DNA from: an uncultured Candidatus Saccharibacteria bacterium
GTDB lineage: Bacteria > Patescibacteriota > Doudnabacteria > UBA920
DNA length: 64,000 nt
Direction of reading: 5' to 3'
NCBI GenBank assembly: GCA_964372905.1
Contig: CAYJQY010000001.1
Location: 8,777 to 72,776 of the forward strand
The notes under the pieces were generated by a model, which saw only the letters and a program-made list of their open reading frames with translations, ran no database searches and was not told the DNA's origin. The position numbers and the translations under genes are program-made. Shown here in pieces: positions 9,725 to 19,486 of the stretch (its first letter is position 1; every line of letters begins with the position of its first letter).

Positions 9725-9753
9725 TTGATTTTATTTTACCGTTTGTTTATACT
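9725..9753 (+). promoter_or_regulatory. candidate sigma70-type promoter for the tRNA-fMet/tRNA cluster
   Basis: TTGATT (9725-9730), 17 nt spacer, TATACT (9748-9753), about 35 nt upstream of tRNA position 1. A short palindrome tgccctat-gtt-atagggca (9761-9779) lies between the -10 element and the tRNA. Confidence 0.35.
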
Positions 9754-9821
9754 AGTAGTGCCCTATGTTATAGGGCATTAGCACTCGTCGCGGGATGGAG
9801 CAATTGGCAGCTCGCAAGGCT

Positions 9822-10470
9822 CAATCTCGAGGTAAGCTCTTTTTCATGAGTACTAAGTTAAAAGGAGATATAGCAGAGCAAGCCGCCGTTTTAAGGTTAT
9901 TGGAACTCGGCTGGGGTGTCTCAAAACCAATTGGCGACAGACTCCCCTACGATCTAATAGCCGATGTAGATGGCAAGCTTATTAGGCTTCAAGTTAAATC
10001 CGCTTGGTTTAACGCTTTAGATCAAAATTATTGTATTGATGTGAGGCGCACCAAAACAAATCGGCGGCAGATGGTTAGAAGCTTATATGGCGATAAAGAC
10101 TTTGATTTTGCTTTGGTATATCTTCCGGAAAAACGAATCTTTTATGTTTTTCCAATCAATGTATTCATAGGCTTCGGTAGCACATTGTCTTTGGTAGAAG
10201 CTGATAAACGCCAGCGCAAGCCAAAGTCCGCTAACTACCGGGAGGCATTCAAGCTTATCTCACAATGGGCTGCGCCAAGGGCAACCTTGGCGTGATTCCT
10301 GTCAAATTCGGGGAAGCCTCTAGCGGTGGTAATCCCGAGCCAAGGCCCGATGGACATCGGGCAAGGTGTAGAGACTTAATGGCAGGCATCCCGCCGTTCG
10401 GCGGGATGAAGAGAAAGTCCAGACCACAAACCTAGCTTATTACTAGGACAACGAAAGTTGTAGTGGTATG
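9822..10470 (+). mobile_element. group I intron (IC3-like, tRNA-intron type) carrying an ORF
   Basis: The 3' core (10298-10470) reads GUCAAAUUCGGGGAAGCCUCUAGCGG...CCGAGCCAAGG...AAGGUGUAGAGACUUAAUGGCAGG. This parallels the Azoarcus pre-tRNA-Ile intron (GUCAAAUUCGGCGAAACCUAAGCG...CCGAGCCAAGC...AAGGUGUAGAGACUAGACGGCACC), i.e. the P3/P4/P6/P7 elements. A P2-like hairpin CGCCAAGG-GCAA-CCUUGGCG lies at 10264-10283. Confidence 0.7.
9846..10295 (+). CDS. intron-encoded PD-(D/E)xK family putative homing endonuclease
   Basis: 149 aa from ATG 9846 (the ORF-track start at 9795 would read through the tRNA exon). Motif GDIAEQAAVLRLLELGWGVSKPIGDRLPYDLIADVDGKLIRLQVKS, an E...PD-(D/E)xK arrangement like Hjc-type restriction-fold nucleases. 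The position inside a tRNA-fMet group I intron parallels I-Ssp6803I. Confidence 0.6.
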   Translation: MSTKLKGDIAEQAAVLRLLELGWGVSKPIGDRLPYDLIADVDGKLIRLQVKSAWFNALDQNYCIDVRRTKTNRRQMVRSLYGDKDFDFALVYLPEKRIFYVFPINVFIGFGSTLSLVEADKRQRKPKSANYREAFKLISQWAAPRATLA

Positions 10471-10586
10471 CATAACCTTGAGGTTCCGGGTTCGAATCCC
10501 GGTCCCGCAACCAAAAAATTTGAAACTCGTGACAGAGATCGTTTGATCAAAGCCCCTCTGTCCGAGGGGTCTTTGATTGGCCGCGC

Positions 10587-10663
10587 GCCGGCGTAGCTCA
10601 GTTGGTTAGAGCGAGGGACTCATAAGCCCTAGGTCGCAGGTTCGATCCCTGCCGCCGGTACCA
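10587..10663 (+). tRNA. tRNA-Met(CAU), elongator type (could alternatively be lysidine-modified tRNA-Ile2)
   Basis: GCCGGCG-TA-GCTC-AGTTGGTTA-GAGC...CTCATAA...GGTC-GCAGG-TTCGATC-CCTGC-CGCCGGT-A-CCA. Normal 1-72 pairing and a C11:G24 pair, so not an initiator. Confidence 0.8.
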
Positions 10664-10701
10664 GAAAAGAATTTTTTTGGAAGTTCCTATCAATAATACT
10701 T

Positions 10702-10780
10702 GGACCGGTAGTGTAGTCTGGTTTAACACGCCTCCCTGTCACGGAGGAGATCGCGGGTTCGAATCCCGTCCGGTCCGCCA
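10702..10780 (+). tRNA. tRNA-Asp(GUC)
   Basis: GGACCGG-TA-GTGT-AGTCTGGTTTA-ACAC-G-CCTCC-CTGTCAC-GGAGG...TTCGAAT...CCGGTCC-G-CCA. Confidence 0.85.
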
Positions 10781-10842
10781 GAAGAAAATAATATCGAGCA
10801 ACCCGAATGCTTCAAAGCTCGGTTAATTGATATACTGTAAAA

Positions 10843-11415
10843 ATGGACAAACCTCGGGTAAACATACTTACAAAAGGATTTGCTGATGAAACGAATTTAG
10901 TAGATCGCGGAGCTGCGCGCTATCTGCCGAATATCGTCTTAATTAGGACGGAAAGTGCTGTCATTGTTGTGGATCCGGGAACAGTCGAAAAACAAAGCGA
11001 TATTGCGGATGCCCTCGCAAGGCACGATGTTGCAGTGTCCGATGTCACGCACGTGGTTCATACGCATCATCATATTGATCATAACCGAAATGCGGGCATG
11101 TTTCCGGATATTCCCGTTATCGCTGAATGGGCGACATGGAGTGGCGTTGATTACGTAACGACTGCGTTCGTATTACCCGAAGGCCTTCGCATTGAAAAAA
11201 CTCCCGGCCATACTTATGACAGCCTAACGGTATTTGTTGATACAGAAGAGGGTATTGTGGCGATTTGCGGTGATGTGATGTGGTGGGAAGGCGACACGCA
11301 ATCGGATGTATATGCAGAAGATATCAAGATTCTCAGGAAGAGCAGACAACATGTTCTCGAAAATGCCGATATTGTTATCCCGGGACACGGCCCGAAATTC
11401 ACGGTCAAGAAATAA
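10843..11415 (+). CDS. metallo-beta-lactamase-fold hydrolase
   Basis: HTHHHIDH (HxHxDH) motif, later GD and GHG motifs. Confidence 0.75.
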   Translation: MDKPRVNILTKGFADETNLVDRGAARYLPNIVLIRTESAVIVVDPGTVEKQSDIADALARHDVAVSDVTHVVHTHHHIDHNRNAGMFPDIPVIAEWATWSGVDYVTTAFVLPEGLRIEKTPGHTYDSLTVFVDTEEGIVAICGDVMWWEGDTQSDVYAEDIKILRKSRQHVLENADIVIPGHGPKFTVKK

Positions 11416-11550
11416 CATCCCCGACCCGCAAGCCTCGAATTGATCCCTAGTCATGACCCCAAAGGATCCTTACGCTGTTTGTATACCCCGGGTACTTAAC
11501 CCGAATGTCCCGCCACAAATTCACCCACTAGCATTTAGAATCTGGTCTTT

Positions 11551-11583
11551 ATAAAAAGCCAAACCGCCCCTATTTTGGGGGCG
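11551..11583 (-). terminator. intrinsic terminator (minus strand) downstream of the small peptide ORF
   Basis: GC hairpin ccgcccc-tatttt-ggggcgg (11564-11583), followed on the minus strand by TTTGGCTTTTTAT. Confidence 0.5.
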
Positions 11584-11616
11584 GTCAGGTTCCCCGATGT
11601 TCATCGGGGTAGGCGA

Positions 11617-11676
11617 CTAGCGGCGCTTCTTTTTTTTGCCGCCGGACTTCTTTTTCGCCTTTTTCTTCTTTGCCAT
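11617..11676 (-). CDS. candidate 19-aa lysine-rich micropeptide (MAKKKKAKKKSGGKKKKRR)
   Basis: ATG at 11674-11676 (minus strand) is preceded 8 nt upstream by GGAGAC, a Shine-Dalgarno-like sequence at 11685-11690. Stop at 11617-11619, followed by a strong terminator. Not in the ORF track (too short). Confidence 0.3.
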   Translation of the reverse strand: MAKKKKAKKKSGGKKKKRR

Positions 11677-11846
11677 GTTGGCTAGTCTCCCTGGAGTGCC
11701 GCAAAATTTTGGCGACTCTCCTTAATTTTCTACTCCCGAGGAATCGGGAAATAGATAAAATAAATTCTGTTCTGTGTTTCTCGTTTAATGTTCACTACGC
11801 CGGTCACTCCGCGCTTTATAAATTTATTATATCAGCAAGATAAAGT

Positions 11847-12569
11847 TTATGTCAAGTTGGCTTTATTGTTGATAACATCCATCATTTTTATCCTGTCTGC
11901 TCGGTTGGCAATTTTATTAATTTCTTTTTGCCGGCGTGAAACAGTCAGCATGTCCAGTAAAGGCAAATTTTTTTTGATGGCTCTTATTGTCGCCGGCGTG
12001 AAACTAAACTTTAGTTCATAGTGCAACCGCACGGCCCGGATTATTCGCAGCGGATCCTGTTTTATTCTTTCTTCCGGTTTATCTATAAACCGGATCAACC
12101 TTTGTTTTAGATCGCGCAGGCCATTATGAAAATCTAAAACTTTTCCTGTTTTTTGGCTTAAATATAAAGAATTTATCGTAAAATCACGGCGCCTGCTATC
12201 CAGGCGCGGCGTTGTAACAAAGCTAACTTTAGGGTAGCGGCCGAGAGTTTGGCGGTCGGTTCGGAAAGTCGCGATTTCCACTCTGTGAGAGCGGTGTGGA
12301 ACAAAAATAATTCCAAATCTTTTTGCTAAAGCATCGTATGCGATGCGGTTTTGTTCCAGCAAGGCACAGATTTGCTCTGGACGCGCAACCGTAGCCACAT
12401 CAATATCCTTAATCGTCCGGCCTAAAAGGAGGTCGCGGACCATGCCTCCGACGAAATAGGTCGCGGGAAAGTTTTCCACAAGCAAAAAATACAATTTCAG
12501 GCCGAAGCGCCCGTAATCCGAGCGCGGTTGAAAGCGCAAAAGCGGCGCGGCGCGGCGCGATTTTGTCAT
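11847..12569 (-). CDS. cca: tRNA nucleotidyltransferase (CCA-adding family), short head+neck form
   Basis: VGGMVRDLLLGR...DIDVAT, the Pol-beta nucleotidyltransferase signature of class II CCA enzymes. Only 240 aa. Confidence 0.75.
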   Translation of the reverse strand: MTKSRRAAPLLRFQPRSDYGRFGLKLYFLLVENFPATYFVGGMVRDLLLGRTIKDIDVATVARPEQICALLEQNRIAYDALAKRFGIIFVPHRSHRVEIATFRTDRQTLGRYPKVSFVTTPRLDSRRRDFTINSLYLSQKTGKVLDFHNGLRDLKQRLIRFIDKPEERIKQDPLRIIRAVRLHYELKFSFTPATIRAIKKNLPLLDMLTVSRRQKEINKIANRADRIKMMDVINNKANLT

Positions 12570-12575
12570 AAAAGA

Positions 12576-13037
12576 TTATTCGTGCAATACTCCTTCGCCG
12601 GTTACTGGACTCTTGCGGCGATGCGCGTGCTTCCTGACAATTTTTAGGCGCGACAGGCTTCTCTCCAGGCTTGCGGCAACCTGGGCGTACTCTTGTTCCG
12701 AGAGGCGGACCCCGGCCAATTTTTCTTTGGCGCGCTCCCGGGCCTGCTCGGCCAGCGCCGCATCAATTTCATAAAAGTGTTCGGCCGCGTCAGCGAGTAC
12801 GGTTACGGCGCTGTCCGGCCGCACTTCCACGAAACCGCCGGCGACATGGATGTAGTGTTCTTCCCGGGCGGTGCGGGCCGTAAGTTCGCCCGGCGCCAGT
12901 TCGGCCACTAAAGGGGCGTGGTTCGGCAGTATTGTAATTTCGCCCAGGCGGGTGGGGCAGGACAGGCTGGTTAAATCTTCTTCCAGCACCACGCGCTCCG
13001 GCGTGACAAGTTGTAAGTGGAGATGCGAATCGGTCAT
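12576..13037 (-). CDS. atpC: F1 ATP synthase epsilon subunit
   Basis: LHLQLVTPERVVLEEDL...ITILPNHAPLV, the epsilon N-terminal beta-sandwich, at the operon end after atpD. Confidence 0.8.
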   Translation of the reverse strand: MTDSHLHLQLVTPERVVLEEDLTSLSCPTRLGEITILPNHAPLVAELAPGELTARTAREEHYIHVAGGFVEVRPDSAVTVLADAAEHFYEIDAALAEQARERAKEKLAGVRLSEQEYAQVAASLERSLSRLKIVRKHAHRRKSPVTGEGVLHE

Positions 13038-13076
13038 GGCAGATTTAAAATTTTTAAACTAAAATTTAAGTTTAGT

Positions 13077-14480
<1,404 letters not shown>

Positions 14481-15371
14481 TTATTCCAGCGCGATTCTCC
14501 CCGCGGTTATTTCCGAAAGTTCCGTGGTAATTTTGTTCTGCCGCAGCTGGTTAAAAGTCAGGGTAAGATCGTCAACCAGGTCGCTCGCCGCGTCCGTGGC
14601 GTTCTTCATCATCACCATGCGGGCCGAGTGCTCCGAGGCGTCGCTTTCCAGAATGGCTTGGTAAAGCTGGCTTTCAATGATGCGCGGCAGTAAATGGTTG
14701 ATGACCTGCTCGGTTGTGGGTTCAAATTGGTATTCGACAGGCGCGGTAGTAGATGCAGTTGGCTGTGAGGCGATGGAGGCGGAGCCGGATTGGGGCATAG
14801 TCAGTGGCAGCAGCTGTTTTATCGTCACAGTCTGGCTCAAAGTTGATACAAAATGGTTGTAAATTACTAAAATTTTGCTAAATTGGCCGGTTTCAAACTG
14901 CTGGGTCAAAAATTTTGCCAAAGCATAGATTGAAGAAATGTCCGGCCGGGTATCCAGCTTGGGAAATTCCGCGACTACGGTTTGGCGCAGGCGCGCCATG
15001 CCCATTTTGGCTTTTTTACCCAAGACAATCAATTCATACAACAACTCTGGTTCATTTTTTTGCTGTTTTAGTATCGTCCCAAACAGATTGGTATTGAAAC
15101 TTCCTACCAGCCCGCGATTGGTGGAAATTACTACGATGCCTGTTTTTTTTGCCTTGGGATAGCTTGTCAGCAAAGGGTGGCTGATGGCTTCTTGTTGTGC
15201 GCTAATTTGGTTGATGAGTTTCCAGGCCGCGCCGGAATAGGAGCGGGTGGCCAGTGTGGCGGCTTGCGCGCGGCGCATTTTGGCCGCGGACACTAATTGC
15301 ATGGCCCGCGTAATTTTGCGCGTGCTTTTTACGGATTTTATTCGGCGTGTTAATTCTCGGGTGGCGGGCAT
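14481..15371 (-). CDS. atpG: F1 ATP synthase gamma subunit
   Basis: N-terminus MPATRELTRRIKSVKSTRKITRAMQLVSAAKMRRAQ and C-terminus ITTELSEITAGRIAL. Confidence 0.9.
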   Translation of the reverse strand: MPATRELTRRIKSVKSTRKITRAMQLVSAAKMRRAQAATLATRSYSGAAWKLINQISAQQEAISHPLLTSYPKAKKTGIVVISTNRGLVGSFNTNLFGTILKQQKNEPELLYELIVLGKKAKMGMARLRQTVVAEFPKLDTRPDISSIYALAKFLTQQFETGQFSKILVIYNHFVSTLSQTVTIKQLLPLTMPQSGSASIASQPTASTTAPVEYQFEPTTEQVINHLLPRIIESQLYQAILESDASEHSARMVMMKNATDAASDLVDDLTLTFNQLRQNKITTELSEITAGRIALE

Positions 15372-15384
15372 AAATTAATTTGAA

Positions 15385-16887
15385 TTAATTATATTTTTGC
15401 TTAAATTGTTCAATTGTTTGTTTTAAATGCGCTTCTGATTTCTCGCCAAGTTCCTTACTGTCGGCAATCGTCTTCAACACTTCCCGGCCTTGCGTATCCA
15501 TAAATTCATGGAACTTGGCTTCAAAGTCCGCGACTTTCTCCACCGGTACATCATCCAAATAGCCATTGGTGACGGCGTAGAGAATGGCCACCTGGTGCTC
15601 CATGCTCACCGGCTGGTATTGCGGCTGCTTGAGAATTTCGGTAAGCCGTCGGCCGAACTCCAACTGCTTGCGTGTGGCTTCGTCCAGGTCGGAACCGAAC
15701 TGGGCGAATGCTTCAAGTTCACGGAATTGCGCCAGAGACAGTTTAAGTTTACCTGCTACCTTTTTCATAGCCTTGGTTTGCGCCGAACTGCCCACGCGCG
15801 AAACTGAAGCGCCTATGTTCAAAGCCGGACGAATGCCCTTATAGAACAAATCGCTTTCCAAAAAAATTTGTCCGTCGGTAATGGAAATGACATTTGTGGG
15901 AATGTAGGCGGAGATATCGCCGGCCTGGGTCTCAATAATGGGCAAAGCCGTCAAACTGCCGTTGCCGTGCTCCTTGTTGAGTTTGGCCGCGCGTTCCAGC
16001 AACCGCGAATGGAGATAAAACACATCGCCCGGGTAAGCTTCGCGGCCCGGCGGGCGGCGCAGCAACAGAGAAATTTCGCGGTATGCCACAGCCTGCTTGG
16101 ACAGATCATCGTAAATAATCAAAACATCTTTGCCTTGGTCCATAAAATATTCACCCATAGCGCAGCCGGCGTACGGCGCAATGTAAGCCAGCGCCGCCGA
16201 TTCGCTCGCCGCCGCCGAAACCACAATGGTGTATTCCATGGCGCCGCGCGCTTCCAGCTCCGCCACAATCTTGGCCACCTTGCTTTCCTTTTGCCCGATA
16301 GCCACATAAATGCAAATCATGTTCTGGCCTTTTTGATTGATGATGGTGTCCAGGGCCACGGCCGTCTTGCCCGTCTGCCGATCGCCGATAATAAGTTCGC
16401 GCTGGCCGCGGCCAATGGGAATTAAAGCGTCAATGGTCTTAATTCCGGTTTGCACGGGCTGTTTGACCGATTCGCGGGTAATGACCCCCGGCGCGATTTT
16501 TTCTATGGGATAATTTTTTTCGGCCTTGATTTCGCCTTTGCCGTCTTTGGGCTGGCCGAGCGCGCTGACCACGCGGCCAATCAACGCCTCGCCCACCGGT
16601 ACGGACAAAATTTTTCCCGTACCGCGGACAATATCGCCTTGCTTAATTTTATGAAATTCGCCGAGAATTATCGCCCCAATAATATGTTCTTCCAAGTTCA
16701 AGGCCACGCCGAAAATATCCTGCCCAAAATCCAGCATTTCCATGCTGGCAACTTCCCGCAGGCCGGAAACGCGGGCAATGCCATCCCCCACTTCCAACAC
16801 CGTGCCGACTTTTTCCACTGTGGCCGCAGCGCTGAAATTAGCGATTTTTTCTTTTAATTGTTTGACGATGATGTCTGATTGGATCAT
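15385..16887 (-). CDS. atpA: F1 ATP synthase alpha subunit
   Basis: [18 protein letters not shown] Walker A; alpha-subunit sequence throughout. Confidence 0.95.
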   Translation of the reverse strand: MIQSDIIVKQLKEKIANFSAAATVEKVGTVLEVGDGIARVSGLREVASMEMLDFGQDIFGVALNLEEHIIGAIILGEFHKIKQGDIVRGTGKILSVPVGEALIGRVVSALGQPKDGKGEIKAEKNYPIEKIAPGVITRESVKQPVQTGIKTIDALIPIGRGQRELIIGDRQTGKTAVALDTIINQKGQNMICIYVAIGQKESKVAKIVAELEARGAMEYTIVVSAAASESAALAYIAPYAGCAMGEYFMDQGKDVLIIYDDLSKQAVAYREISLLLRRPPGREAYPGDVFYLHSRLLERAAKLNKEHGNGSLTALPIIETQAGDISAYIPTNVISITDGQIFLESDLFYKGIRPALNIGASVSRVGSSAQTKAMKKVAGKLKLSLAQFRELEAFAQFGSDLDEATRKQLEFGRRLTEILKQPQYQPVSMEHQVAILYAVTNGYLDDVPVEKVADFEAKFHEFMDTQGREVLKTIADSKELGEKSEAHLKQTIEQFKQKYN

Positions 16888-16894
16888 AAAAACT

Positions 16895-17134
16895 TTAATC
16901 TAGATATGAAATCTTGCCTCCCTGCTGTAAGCACGAAATTAGATCGGCAAGTACAAAATCCTCATCTATACTGGCGTGTAAAAAACCTTCCACATGTGCG
17001 CCTATCAAAAAATACATAACCGGCCGAGTTCCTGTGCTGTATGATGCATATTTATAACCTCTACTAATGGCATCTGCTATTATACCTTGTGCTTGCTCGC
17101 TAATTGTTTCTGGCGAGCGTTCATGTTTTACCAT
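16895..17134 (-). CDS. hypothetical 79-aa protein inserted between atpH and atpA
   Basis: ORF tightly packed in the operon (7 nt from atpA, 3 nt from atpH). No motif recognised. Confidence 0.4.
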   Translation of the reverse strand: MVKHERSPETISEQAQGIIADAISRGYKYASYSTGTRPVMYFLIGAHVEGFLHASIDEDFVLADLISCLQQGGKISYLD

Positions 17135-17137
17135 GCA

Positions 17138-17530
17138 TTAAGTATTTAGAAATTTTTTCAGGCGATTAAGCTGGCCTTTGACGCTGGCGTCAAGCAAGAG
17201 GTCGTCAATTCGCACCACTACTCCGCCAATCAGCGATTCGTCTACCTTGGTTTCTATCTCCAACTTGGTTTTGGCGAATTCGTTAAGCTGCCGTATAAAT
17301 TCATCGCTAACTTCCGTTTCCCTGGCAAATGCGACATTTGCCCGGGCCACGCCACGCTCCTGCCGGTCCAGGGCCTCGTAGGCTTCAATAACTTTTTCAT
17401 AATGCGCCAAGTCGTTATTGTTTTTAAGTACGACAATAAAATTGTCTATGACCTGGTTTTGATCCTTGGGCGCGGCTTCCTGCAAGGCCTGGTATAGGGC
17501 TGCGGCGTATTGTTGGGCGCTATATTTCAT
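17138..17530 (-). CDS. atpH: F1 ATP synthase delta (OSCP) subunit, short form
   Basis: C-terminal IGGVVVRIDDLLLDASVKGQLNRL, typical of delta/OSCP. 130 aa. Confidence 0.75.
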   Translation of the reverse strand: MKYSAQQYAAALYQALQEAAPKDQNQVIDNFIVVLKNNNDLAHYEKVIEAYEALDRQERGVARANVAFARETEVSDEFIRQLNEFAKTKLEIETKVDESLIGGVVVRIDDLLLDASVKGQLNRLKKFLNT

Positions 17531-17563
17531 GTGTTCGTATTGGTCTGGTATCTAGATAATCAA

Positions 17564-18157
17564 CTAGCTGACCCACCGTGAGTTTAAGGATGCTTTAATC
17601 AGTTCTTTATCGGCTTTTTCGTCAAGCTTGCCGCGCAGAATTTTTTCCGAAGCTGCTACCACCAATGTTGCCAACTCCTGCCTGGCCTCGGCCACGCTCC
17701 GATTTTTTTCTTCCGCGAGCTGGGACCTAGTTTGGGCCATCACGCGCTCCTGCTCGGCTCTGGTTTTGGACAGTAACTCTTGTCTTACTGTTTGAGCATC
17801 GGCTTTTGCTTTGTCAATAATTTCCCCGGCTTCTTTCCTGGTGTTGAACAACTCGGCATTTTTCCAGACGGAAAAGTCCTGTTTTTCTTTGGCGATATTT
17901 CGCGCGTCCTCTAACGATTGCCCAATTTTTTTTGACCGGGCTTCCAGGGCTTTAACAATGGGCGGGAAGGCCCATTTCCACAGCACAAACAGGACAATGC
18001 CGAAATTAATCAGTTGGGCCAGAAATAATTTGCCGTTCAGCCCGAACATGGTGGCAACGCCGGGGCTGGCCGCTTCTGCGGCTGTTTCCGTGGCGGCCTC
18101 GGTCACGGCGTACGCAGCGCGGATTATTTCTGAATGGATGAAAAAATCAGCTATCAT
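17564..18157 (-). CDS. atpF: Fo ATP synthase subunit b
   Basis: N-terminal TM helix (FLAQLINFGIVLFVLWKWAFPPI), then a long charged helix. Confidence 0.75.
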   Translation of the reverse strand: MIADFFIHSEIIRAAYAVTEAATETAAEAASPGVATMFGLNGKLFLAQLINFGIVLFVLWKWAFPPIVKALEARSKKIGQSLEDARNIAKEKQDFSVWKNAELFNTRKEAGEIIDKAKADAQTVRQELLSKTRAEQERVMAQTRSQLAEEKNRSVAEARQELATLVVAASEKILRGKLDEKADKELIKASLNSRWVS

Positions 18158-18271
18158 AAATCAAGCAAGAAACTTTTTTAACGACTGTTGGCGGCTTATT
18201 CCCTACCATACAAAGGTTAATAACTGGCTAACTTGGTGGCAGGCCCTCCCTTTTGCCACCTGGCCAACCAA

Positions 18272-18490
18272 CTAAATAATAAAGGTTATGACTAAAGCGT
18301 AAATGGCGATGGCTTCGGCGAAAGCCATGCCGAGCAACATCGGCACAAACAATTTGTCGGTTGCTTCGGGGTTGCGGCCGATTGATTCCATGGCTTTGGC
18401 GCCAATCTTGCCGATGGCGTAAGCCGGCAATGTACCGCCAATGGCGATAGTAAGGGCTTTGGCCAAAAATCGCACTGCTTCTGGTTCCAT
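18272..18490 (-). CDS. atpE: Fo ATP synthase subunit c
   Basis: 72 aa two-helix hairpin with GRNPEA loop and conserved acidic residue region (AFAEAIAIYALV). Confidence 0.85.
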   Translation of the reverse strand: MEPEAVRFLAKALTIAIGGTLPAYAIGKIGAKAMESIGRNPEATDKLFVPMLLGMAFAEAIAIYALVITFII

Positions 18491-18593
18491 ACTGCTCCTT
18501 TAGTTTGCTTTGATCGACCGGATTTTTTATTGTTTAAGGTCGTCGTTGCAAACGTTAATTAGTTAATAAATGATGGATAAATTGGTTTATAAA

Positions 18594-19484
18594 TTAGGGA
18601 TTAAAATTGGCAATTGCCGGGACCGCCTCTTGCGCCTGATGCGCCTTTTCGTGGTTTTTATCCTTATCACCATGCCCGCGAATTTCCGCGGTCGCCATAG
18701 TTAAGTATACCAGAGTGAGAATAGAAAAGACCGCGGCCTGGACCAAGCCCACCAGCAGTTCTAAGGCCATAAACGGCAGAGGCACGAGGTAGGCAATAAG
18801 TGAGGCCAGGACCGTGAGCAGCACCTCGCCGGCAAAAATATTGCCAAAAAGACGAAGGGAAAGTGAAACCATCTTGGCAATTTCGGAAAAAATTTCTATA
18901 AAACCAACAAAGAATTCCACCACCGCGGTCAAAATGGCAACGGGCTTGCCGCCGCGCACGGCGTGCCAGAGGTCGCCCAGTTTGATGAATTTGTTGGCGT
19001 ACTTGAAAAAACCAATTGCGATGATGCCGAACAAATGAGAAACTACCACGGCCAAAACCGCCATAGCCAGGGTCATGTTGAGATCGGTGTTGGCCGGGCG
19101 GAACATGGGGATTAGTTCCAAATGGCCATGGCGTGCTTGGTAGACGCCGATTGAGCCAATTCCGGGTAAAAGCCCGGACCAGTTGGAGATCAAAATAAAA
19201 AGGAATAAGCTGCCGACAATCGGCAAAAAGCGCATGGACTTTTTGCGGTCGCCGGTCACCCGATCCAAATAAGTAAAAAGAAATTCGAGCACGCTTTCAA
19301 AGAAATTGACTAAGCCTCGGGGCGCGCGGTCCTGGCTATAGGCCTTTTTGGCAACATAGTTTACAAGCAAAGCGAACAACACAAACCCAATCATCACCAG
19401 CGTGGAATTGATGTAGGTATTAGTTATGGTGAAATTTCCGATGCTAAAAATTGGTTCGGCGGCAAGGGGTGGTAAAGCAAACAT
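18594..19484 (-). CDS. atpB: Fo ATP synthase subunit a
   Basis: SLSLRLFGNIFAGEV motif with essential Arg; polytopic. Confidence 0.9.
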   Translation of the reverse strand: MFALPPLAAEPIFSIGNFTITNTYINSTLVMIGFVLFALLVNYVAKKAYSQDRAPRGLVNFFESVLEFLFTYLDRVTGDRKKSMRFLPIVGSLFLFILISNWSGLLPGIGSIGVYQARHGHLELIPMFRPANTDLNMTLAMAVLAVVVSHLFGIIAIGFFKYANKFIKLGDLWHAVRGGKPVAILTAVVEFFVGFIEIFSEIAKMVSLSLRLFGNIFAGEVLLTVLASLIAYLVPLPFMALELLVGLVQAAVFSILTLVYLTMATAEIRGHGDKDKNHEKAHQAQEAVPAIANFNP

Positions 19485-19486
19485 AA

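Larger units (their letters stand above)
9789..10513 (+). tRNA. initiator tRNA-fMet(CAU) gene interrupted by a ~650 nt group I intron (exon 1 ~9789-9821, exon 2 ~10471-10513; splice junction inferred)
   Basis: Exon 1: CGCGGGA-TG-GAGC-AATTGGCA-GCTC-G-CAAGG-CT. Exon 2: CATAA-CCTTG-AGGTT-CCGGG-TTCGAAT-CCCGG-TCCCGCA-A-CCA. Joined, this is a cloverleaf with anticodon loop CUCAUAA, a C1.A72 mismatch and an A11:U24 pair, both initiator hallmarks. The inferred exon 1 ends in U and the intron ends in G. Confidence 0.7.

Noticed and set aside
9814-9825. Reading the interrupted tRNA as tRNA-Leu(CAA) (literal 5' sequence ...CAAGG-CU-CAA-U)
   Set aside because: The 3' half has a short 5-nt variable region (not class II Leu). 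Completing the loop with the 3' exon gives CUCAUAA, and the C1.A72 and A11:U24 features indicate initiator tRNA. The intron is therefore placed after U33.
9795-9845. N-terminal 17 codons of the ORF-track call 9795..10295
   Set aside because: They read through tRNA-fMet exon 1; the intron ORF more plausibly starts at ATG 9846.
18232-18257. GC hairpin GGTGGCA-ggccctccctt-TGCCACC between atpF and atpE as a terminator
   Set aside because: Not followed by a U-run on the transcribed strand and it lies inside an operon; at most a processing/stability stem.
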